A stretch of DNA of 31,231 bases from Azolla caroliniana. Taxonomy: Eukaryota; Plantae; Polypodiophyta. The stretch is from NCBI GenBank assembly GCA_043228905.1, contig JBHGNT010000365.1, positions 1 to 31,231 of the forward strand. The letters run 5' to 3'. A model generated the notes under the pieces. That model was not told where the DNA came from. It saw only the letters and a program-made list of their open reading frames with translations, and ran no database searches. Shown in pieces: positions 22,485-31,231 of the stretch. Numbering within the stretch: the stretch's first letter is position 1; every line of letters begins with the position of its first letter. A program made the position numbers and the translations under genes.

Positions 22485-22939
22485 CACTCACGCAGGTTTG
22501 ACGCCGCTGAAATCAACTATGAAATTTATGATAAGGAGATATTGGCAATAGTGGACTCTTTTACGCAATGGAGGCATTTTCTAGAGGGATCCTCTCATCA
22601 AGTCACTGTATTCAGTGACCACAAAAACCTTGCCTACTTTCAGGACGCTCGTGTGTTAAATCGACGTCAAGCTCAGTGGGCCCACTTCCTCAAATGTTGT
22701 CGTGAAGTACGAAAGCTTCACATTAAAAGTCTAGAATAAGATAAATACGTGATGAAAATAAAATAAACCTTTATAATGTTAATAACATACTATGATAATA
22801 TTATACATTATATGTAAAGACAAAGAAATATATATCTATTATATTACATGGGCAAGAGAGGATTTGAGCCAATAATCCCCCACCTTATGACACTCTAACC
22901 TTAACATTTAGCCTATACTAACAATTTACAAGAGATTAT
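22485..22939 (+). repeat. 455-bp direct duplication of 21171-21625 (RNase H end plus LTR C start)
   Basis: CACTCACGCAGG...AGAGATTAT occurs in both copies, with about four substitutions seen by eye. Confidence 0.95.
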
Positions 22940-23740
22940 TTGCGTTGTTTTATTTGAAGTAGTATTTTATATTCTAAACCATGTAATACACCATTACATG
23001 GGCAAAAGGGGACTTGAACCAACAACCCCAACCTTACAAGCATTCAACCCTTACCATTTAGCCTATACTTGTGATGTATATAAAATATATGTGTTTTAGT
23101 ATTGTATGGTTTAAACCATGAAATGTACCACATGTGCACCATATAGCACACATGCAAGAGCCTCTCTGCATGTGCACCATTTAGTAAACATGCAAGAGCC
23201 TCTCTACATGTGCGCCACATGGCCCACATGTAGAACCATCTCTTCCCTATAAAAGGAGAAGGGAGTATGATCACAAGGGATATTCGGGAATCGATCAATA
23301 TCAAAAGAACTATATCAAATAGAGTTATGTTGTAAGTGATATCACAATAGAGAAAGAAGAAAAGAAGAACTAGCTTGATGGTGGTGGTCCTCAACTCACA
23401 ACGGAAGGGCGGCGGTTCGAGTCTTCTACTTGTCGAGAGATTGAAGGGAAGACTATGGTCTACCATCAAGAAAGAGAAGAGTGATTACCTTGTGAGACAA
23501 AGCTCGAAGGATCAACGATGCTCGCAATCTTTTTGTAACTCATTCATCAAATAATTATAAGTTTCTTTCATTCCTTCAAATATCATTCTATATCCCATCT
23601 TGTCATATCTTGTTGATCTTTATTTACTCTACCTCTACTCTTTCGTCTCTTCCGTCCATAATCCTGATGATTCCTTCCTCACTTTCACGATATCTTCTGT
23701 CAACACAACGCTACGCTTCTAGGCGAGCCACGCCACGACA
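22698..23740 (+). mobile_element. Full-length solo/chimeric LTR of family C (1043 bp)
   Basis: TGTCGTG...CACGACA terminal inverted repeat; CCTATAAAAGG near 23247; no PBS follows; its own flanks (ATGT / ACGC) do not match. Confidence 0.85.
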
Positions 23741-25430
23741 ACGCTACAACAGATGAGGAGCTATTTGGCAATGTAGCTGAGAGTAAGAGTCATGCCCAAA
23801 AATCTCCTTCAGATCCAAGTCACCCTATTCTTGTGGAAGATTGTAGTGAATTGGGCAAGTCTGTGAAAAATAATGAAATTGGCAACCTAGCATGTATTAA
23901 ATCTAAGGTGCATAATCATAGTGTTTTTGAACACTTGATGCAACAATTCTTCGTGTCCTAGAACCTTGAATAAACCCCACCAAGCCCAAAACATGATGAT
24001 GTCGCAGCAGATCCCACTCTTCTTGATCAACTAGCGCAAGAAGCTGCTAACGCGCGATTGGAGGAGGCGATGGATAGGTTGTGGGAGGAGGACACACATG
24101 CTCAATGGGTGAAAGAAGCAAGGCAAAATGGGCAACCATCTAGGAAAAGACTGAAGAAGGGTGCTCAATCGAGGACAAGACCAATTACTCGGTCAAGGGG
24201 CTAGGGACACAATGTTTAGTGGAATAGATATGCAACTATTTTTTCTCGCGAAAATTAATATATGAGTGATGTATGGACAAGTAAAACCATTTTTGGTTGT
24301 TGCTTGATCCCCATCATGTAATGGAACTCTATGATGAATATTGAGATAAGGATATGTTTTTGTTGCTAAAAATTTTATGTTCATAATTTTGTTTTGTAAG
24401 ACTATTAGCTACTTTGTGAGAGTGAATATGCTGGTTTTTTCTGATGTTGCAGAGACTAAAGGCTAGAAATCTCTTGTAGCAAAGGCCAATGGTAGTATGG
24501 AAACTGATGATGTTGTTGCGTGTTTTGAGGGGCCCATCTTGAGAGTAGATGTAGCAATTGACACAGATGATCTGGTCAATAAAGTAGATCAAGCATGTTG
24601 CACAGATGATCTGATTTTGTAGGTAGATGCAACAACCGATACAATTGGGCCCATCTCGACCGCAGACATCTCTACAAGCACAGAGGTGACGCCAAGCCAA
24701 GAAACAAAATGCAAGCAAAGGGCCTTGATTGTGCTAGAGCCAAACTGGGTGAAGCTAGACCCAAAGACACAACCAACCAGGGGTGTCAAGAGGAAAAGGA
24801 CACCAATTTTACCAACAGAACCTGAGCTGATTGAAATTGATCGAGTGCTACCTAAGGTTGGTGTAACAGAGGCTGACTTGTAGGAATGGAAACCAAAAAC
24901 CGTTAGAAGAAGAAAAAAAGAGTTTTGATTTTGGAGCTTGATAAAGTACTCATGAGTGTGCGATTCATGACAGCAAGGAGAGACGTGAATCAATTTCTTT
25001 CATGGGTTGTGCAATGGTTTGATTTGTTTATTTGGAGTGATAAACCACATGATGAAGTCTGGAAGTGTGTGGAGAGTATATTCCCAAGATGGAAACACCA
25101 TTTTAAGGGTCAATGGACAAGGGAAAATTTGTGAGCTAAAGGATATTGTAAGGTTCAAGCAACTTTCTGATTTTTGAGCGTTGTGGCCAAAATACAATAC
25201 CTTAATTGTGGATACAATGGTTGAGAATGTGTACGTGCAAAAGCATGATATGAACAATTTTGTTAAAGTCAATCAAATGAGAGAGAAAGTGTGAAGGTAT
25301 GTTACATAAGAGTCACTTCCAAGAGAGGGTACGGTGTATGGACAATATATACACAATAGTGAGGATTATTCACAATCATCCATGGTCTTCAAGAATGGCA
25401 TCATTACCTGCATCATTTATTTATAAGTAT
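23741..25430 (+). pseudogene. Downstream part of host pseudogene X with a degenerate FCP1/NIF-like HAD phosphatase domain (~24925-25270)
   Basis: ILELDKVL...RRDVNQFLSWVVQWFDLFIWS...VESIF...NTLIVD follows the NIF pattern (LDLDxTL..RP.V.EFL.....FEV.IWS..NTLLVDD). Many stops; boundaries approximate. Confidence 0.5.
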
Positions 25431-25719
25431 GTGCTTCAATCTTCTATTTGTCAAGTGAATATTGTTTAACTCGAGTAGTTGGTTGGTTACAAGCATTGTG
25501 AATTTCCAATGCACACTACTAGAGTATTTTGGTGGGTGGTTTTATTGTTACAGCCATCAATTGACATATTCGCATTCGTGGAGGTTACCAAACGAATCCA
25601 TACGCGTATACGAATGCATGAAAAAATATTCGTTGAAAAAAAGAGTTCATAAAGTCCTTACTTTTTAGTTTCTTAGATATATGATTATATCATATATCAT
25701 ATAACAAAGAGGACTTTGA

Positions 25720-27200
25720 CAATAAAAAGAGGATATTTTACTTCACATGAAAAAGTAGACTTAGACTAATAATATGTTTATAATGGATGTAAAACTTAAA
25801 AGTATTTGTTTTATTTTTAATAAAAAAATTAAAAAAATAAAAGGTTCATTAATTCCCCACTTTTTACTCTCCCACAAAGTTTGATATTTTTATTTGTCAT
25901 TAAAAAAGGAACCTCACACTAATAATATTTTTATAATAGATATAAAACTTAAAAGTATTTGTTTTATTTTTTCATAAAACAATAAATAAATAAAAAGTTC
26001 ATTGATTTCCCACCTTTTACTCTCCCACAAAATTTGATATTTTTATCTTACATTAAAAATGGAACCTCACACTAATAATATTTTTATAATTAATGTAAAA
26101 CTTATAAGTATTTATTTTATTTTTAATATAAATACAGTTGGGACCCTTTGCAATGGACATGGTGTGATCCTTACGCAGGTCAAGGAAGCAAACCTATCCC
26201 TTTCTTTCAATTCACAACTAGATTGGGTCGTCATATTATAGCCGCTCAATCTGCTCGAGATCCGGCTGCTGCAAAGGTCTGGAAAACATATCATGTTCCT
26301 TACACTATTATCACCAAGTTTTGGCAGAAACTCTAGAAACAACAACACGCGAGGCGAATCACCACTTTCCAATGGTTATTAATACATAGGTCACTACCGG
26401 TTGGTGTATGGCAGCGTGGGAACCTCAGCTCTCCTAATTGTGTAGTGTGTCCAATTGTAGTAGAATCAATATGACACGCTCTATGGGATTGCCCAGAGTC
26501 CCATCGAATATGGCAAGGGGTTGGCCATTTATTGCAATTACGCCAGGTGCAAGGCTCAATCAAGTGGGAGAATGTATGTTGGCTATCATGGCAGGCCCCA
26601 GTTGACAGATATGAGCATCAGGAAGAGGGGATGACTTTGGTTATAAAAGCACAAGAGGTTTTTTTCTCCACAAATCGGCAATGTCCACTCAACTCCTATT
26701 AGTGCCAAATCTCAAGATATGTTGGACTTGGTCAGCCCAATAACTCTTTGGATTTTATGGAAACAACGGTGTAGACGGGTCTTCTCCAACCAAAGCGTGC
26801 AACCAATAATGTTAACGCAAGAGATATGGAGTGAAGCTGTAGCCACTCTAAAGAGCCAATATGATGGCCTCAAGGGCGACTCCGATAGAGTTGAAAGACA
26901 ACGACTAGCCTTTATCCAACATGGTCGTCCTCTCCCTTTCTTGAGGCAGTGAGCATCCACATAAGATGGACCTATCGTGTCCATATAGGGATTTGTATAT
27001 AATAATCTCATCTGTAAAATCTTTATAACTAATGGAAGGAGTTTTTTTTGGAAAAAAAATATAAATATAAATAATAAATAAAAGGTTCATTAATCCCCTA
27101 CTTTTTACTCTCCCACAAAATTTGATATTTTTATCTGACATTAAAAAGGGGACCTCACACTAATAATATTTTTACAATTGATTCAAAAATATTTGTTTTT
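25720..27200. repeat. AT-rich ~140-bp tandem repeat (about 4 units) interrupted by a LINE
   Basis: TTTTACTCTCCCACAAA.TTTGATATTTTTAT...CCTCACACTAATAATATTTTTA near 25860, 26015 and 27100, plus a diverged unit near 25730. Confidence 0.85.
26135..27057 (+). mobile_element. 5'-truncated L1-type LINE (ORF2 C-terminal zf-RVT region plus 3' UTR)
   Basis: FWQKL*...TTFQWLLIHRSLPVG...CVVCPIVVESI*HALWDCPESHRIW...TLWILWKQRCRRVF; short A tail; candidate TSD AATATAAATA at 26125-26134 and 27058-27067. Confidence 0.85.
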
Positions 27201-27776
27201 TTAAATAATAAATAATAAATGAATGGTTCTGTAATATTCTTGGGGTCATTTTGTATTCTCAAATATTACGGATGGAGAATACCACAAATATCACGCATTG
27301 GTCAATCTATGGTTACAACCCACACATGTCATGACTTTAGTTTATTAGTAGTGAATAAACTTATCAGTAACTTTATTGTCACAAAAATCATACTTACATA
27401 TCAATGGCATGTATTTTGTGGACAATTGTAACATTTGTACAATTTCTCACACTCGTTGCTAATTATGTTCGAAGTTTACAAGTCATTTTCGTTGAGGTTT
27501 CAAACCATTAGGCAAGAATTTGCTAAGTGCGTTAACCATGCATTAGAATATATATACATAGTGCATTCATAGGTTAATGCCAAACAAATGAACTAGGAGG
27601 ATTATTTGTCCCTACTATAGTCATATATAACAATGCAAAATATGTCTTACAATGTTCATGCAAAGCAAATGAATTGGGTGGATCATTTCCAACCTCAATC
27701 ACTAATAGCATAGAGTGGGAAAAGGAAATTTCCAAAACATTGGGAAAGTCATTGAAGTTCGTAAGTTGTCATCCCA

Positions 27777-28023
27777 ATGTCCACCTAGATCAAGATCGAT
27801 GTAAAAACAGCACCTAAGAGAAGCATAGGATTGTTGCCTTTAAGGAAGGTGAACCATCTATGATCTCAAAGTTCATTATCATTCTTGGACTCGTATGTTA
27901 TGATTATGATGTCCAACTAGATCAAGATCAATGTTAAAAAGGCACCCGTGATAAGCATAGAATTGGTACATTTGAGGAAGGTGAATTACCTATGACCTCA
28001 AAGTTCCTTATAATTCTTGAACT
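27777..28023. repeat. Two diverged tandem copies, period 132 bp
   Basis: ATGTCCA.CTAGATCAAGATC.ATGT...AGGAAGGTGAA...CTCAAAGTTC.TTAT.ATTCTTG at 27777 and 27909. Confidence 0.85.
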
Positions 28024-28802
28024 TCAAAGTTTAGCAAGGATCCCAAAATTTAAATGTGTTGTTGTCAACCATTTTCCAAGGAGTTCATTTCCTTATACTC
28101 TCTTGAATTTGGAAGCTGGTTGAAGTTGTAAGCAACTCTTTATATGATATAGCAAAGGTGAATGGACCATTAAATAGTATTGTTAAAATACTGATCATCT
28201 TTTCTTTGGTTCCATTGTGGGTTAAGTAAGATCCGTTCCATTGTCGCCACCAAAACTGATCATGCAAGAATTTCAAGCTTCTCTTTTCAATATATTTGAC
28301 TAAACATCTCCATTTTCTTTAACTCTAGAAAGGATGCTGAAGATTTTTATAGCAATTTGTGAGTTGGTCATGTTGTGAACAATGCTAGATAAGCAAAGCT
28401 TTTAAGCAATCAAGTGTTCATATGCCATATCATCGATAGTATAAGCAAGCAACCATTTTCACCTAATATGTTTAAAAACTCAAAAGTGAGAACCTCCCTA
28501 TGTTGTTTACATTGATGCTTAAAATCCTGTTAAGAATTTGATAGTTATTAACTTCCTCATTTGCTTCAAATCTGATTTGTATGGAATTCCCACAAGGATT
28601 TTTCATATGAGAGGTGTTATCAGTCTTATAGGCAGGGCTGAATTCTTGAAGTTGCTACATAAAATTACAAACAATTCAATTTTCTGAATAAATAGGGATC
28701 AACGTCAAATTCCACAAGTTCAAATGAATGCATTATTAAAATATACTATCATCAATATGTTCTAAATAGGGTTAAGAATTTGTTGTTGCTAGTTGGTAGC
28801 AC

Positions 28803-28928
28803 TTATAATTTACATTTGTTTTCTTTCCGATACTCCCAAGGTTTTTGAGGATTTGGCATTTCCCAAAGTCCCAATCCTTTCAAACGCGCTTCTTCTTCCC
28901 ACTATCATACAAGATAAACATCATATTT

Positions 28929-28970
<42 letters not shown>

Positions 28971-31113
28971 GAAAAACACACACACATATGTCAATAGATA
29001 TATGCACGCATGTACGTGTAGATGCAATACAAAATGATCCTTTCAACCCAACTTCAGCATGACTACTCAATTGTTATCTGTATGATTAACAATATCAACG
29101 AACTCCTGAAACAAAAATAAACCAAGAGACCTTGCAACAAATACTCATATACTGATTTTTGAGTTGAGCCAGGAATCAGGATTATTTAAGCCATTTCATG
29201 CCACTAATGAATATAAACAACCTTCAATAGGGCACAATTGAAGGCCATAGACAAACATAAAACCTTTTCATGCATGTACTACCCCATTCACACTATGACA
29301 TGAAAATTCCTATTTTTTGTTGGTACACATCTTCACCTAGAAATCCCTTTATGAATCACAACATAGTAGCATCAGCATCAAAAACAAGGTACCTTGGCAA
29401 GGTCTTCTCGTTTATCATAAGCATCATAATGCCAGCATGCTCCATTCTTCAACAGAATTTCCTAAAACAGTATTGACACATCGCAACCGTACTAAGTGTT
29501 CAACATTATCTCAAAACAGCCATCCAGACTCTATTGCCGATCGAAGATAAAACAAACAAAATGAAGGTCTTCATAAAAGTGCATTTCTAACCTGTACAAA
29601 TCCCTTCTTGCAATGGACATCAGCTACAAGACGACCATACATATCCACAGTGTATACGAGAAGACGTAATGGCTGTTTTTCCACCAAGCTTTGAAGCATA
29701 GCTTTTGCTTCTGGACCAAAGGGCATGCTACGCTCTGGCGCATCTATCCCTCTTCACCATCAAAATGAAGTTTTTTTCAACCAAATCTTTATTGATAAAT
29801 TCTTTATCATGATATCAGTTTAGAGTGCTAACCTCAGCCTAACCTTATATTGATGAGCAATATATCCCTTGGTGTTGTTCGAATCCAAGAGCCTAATAAT
29901 ACCAAAGTTTAAGTATGATAATCAATTAATTTTACAGAATCCTCAGCTGACATTGTACATTTTAATGTGCTCGATGAAAGATAAGCCAATACTTGTATCC
30001 TGCTTTTTGGATCTCTTTTTGTATTGCTTTCACTGTTCTATCATCATGTCGTTGTTGAGCTATTCGCCACTTTGATAATGCCTCTTGAACAGGTAACGGT
30101 ATTGTTGCCGATTCCCTTGCATTATTTCTTACATCCACCAAGACTGTAAGGGTATCACCATCAGTAGCACCATTTCCCTCCACCTTCTCATAATCACCAC
30201 ATTTAAAAATAGAACGTGGTAATAGGTAAGCACATTATAAGCAGAAGAAAAAATGCTCCTATGGATGCACAAGGGTGTTAATGGTGTGCAAGTTATTCTT
30301 AAGATAAGAAGAGATTTTAATTTGAAGGCATACAGGAAGAGTGCATAATTCATATTGTACTCCATGGGGCCAATTCTCGGTGGTGATCTTTTGGGCAGAG
30401 GGAATTTCTAAAGCTGATGATGAAGATGATGATAGGCCATAGAAAGATAGAAGACCCTGAAAAGTTACAAAACATTTTCTCTGATGAGAAAAAGGAGAAA
30501 TGTTTCGGAACTAAACGAATGTATTGATGAAGCCTCATGATCCTGCATGTTACCTCAACATCGACTTTTTTATGGCCTCGGAGAGTTTGAATCACAAATT
30601 GAGAGATTTCTTCACCTTTTATCGGGGGAGATGGGCTCGCTTTCCATGCTGCAAGAAGCTTACCATACCTATGCAGGCCAGCCAGCAGTTAATGCATAAT
30701 ATAGATGCCATTTCCATGACAGGATTCAAATGGGCAATGAAATCAAACAAATGACTAGGATTTTTTAAGATTCATAGCTTAAAATCTCTAATTCTGAATA
30801 TCTTTAAGGTACAGTATCTTCGAAACGTACCAATTCCTTTGTGCTGCTCTAGAGGATTGAACAAACCCATCCAACTCATCTGGAACCTTCAGGTTTTCTT
30901 CGTTTGTTTACAGATCAGTGTCAAATGTGAAGATTTTCTACATAAATATAAGCTCTCATGCTTAACAAATTCAATGTGAATTTAACATACCTGACCCGTT
31001 TGTTCGAATTCGGAGAGGTGCCGAGAAAGAGCTGAAAATTTCTCCTCTGTGCCACCACCATCACCACCGCAGGGGAACACGGAGCTGCAGATCTTCACCA
31101 GAATGTTGCCCAT
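28803..31113 (-). CDS. CAN: Staphylococcal-like Ca2+-dependent nuclease (plant CAN1/CAN2 family), 9 exons, 331 aa. Exons: 31113-30991, 30886-30831, 30668-30554, 30456-30334, 30183-29993, 29892-29833, 29751-29592, 29461-29393, 28901-28803
   Basis: All introns are GT-AG and phase-consistent, giving 996 nt with no internal stop. MGN start with nearby Cys; DGDT, VRLRGIDAPE, DIYGRLVADV, WHYDAYDKR, GLW..PNPQKPWEYRK. Confidence 0.95.
28932..28967. repeat. (CT)n microsatellite in the last CAN intron
   Basis: About 18 CT units followed by a short CA run. Confidence 0.95.
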
Positions 31114-31231
31114 CGTTTCTCTTCCACAGATCAGGAGTATCTCTCAAGCTGCAGGAGGATGCGTATTCTTGTTGCGTACAAGTTCACCCCAATTCATGGG
31201 TTCTCTCAAAACAGGCAAAAAACACGCAGAC

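Noticed and set aside
22443-22739. Novel 98-aa fusion gene
   Set aside because: A chance chimera of filler, duplicated RNase H fragment and LTR start.
21384-23740. A small intact two-LTR element (TRIM) of family C
   Set aside because: The first 'LTR' is only 242 bp, there is no PBS or PPT, and the duplication includes 213 bp of host RNase H.

Overview
Eukaryotic, plant-type genomic DNA. The retroelement complement suggests a moss such as Physcomitrium, but that is inference. About 25 kb is a nest of decayed LTR retrotransposons: (A) a tRNA-Trp-primed gag-only gypsy-type element; (B) a non-chromoviral Ty3/gypsy 3' half; (C) three pieces of a 1.04-kb gypsy-type LTR; (D) a complete 4.06-kb gag-only element; (E, F, G) Ty1/copia pieces; and a Tcn1/sushi-like chromoviral-type gag-pol with a self-priming PBS and a -1 frameshift signal. 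The nest interrupts a pseudogene with a degenerate FCP1/NIF-like domain. Target-site and reading-frame evidence indicates that about 16 kb (~7.07-22.7 kb) was inverted between two opposed family-C LTRs, which would explain why most nested elements appear as one half only. The right end has a 5'-truncated L1-type LINE and one intact 9-exon gene on the minus strand encoding a 331-aa staphylococcal-like Ca2+-dependent nuclease (CAN family). The most unusual signals are tRNA-like A/B-box modules inside two gypsy LTR families, a U3 module shared by a copia LTR and a gypsy LTR, and hairpins at the LTR termini. No database search was run, so family names rest on motif recognition and novelty is untested.
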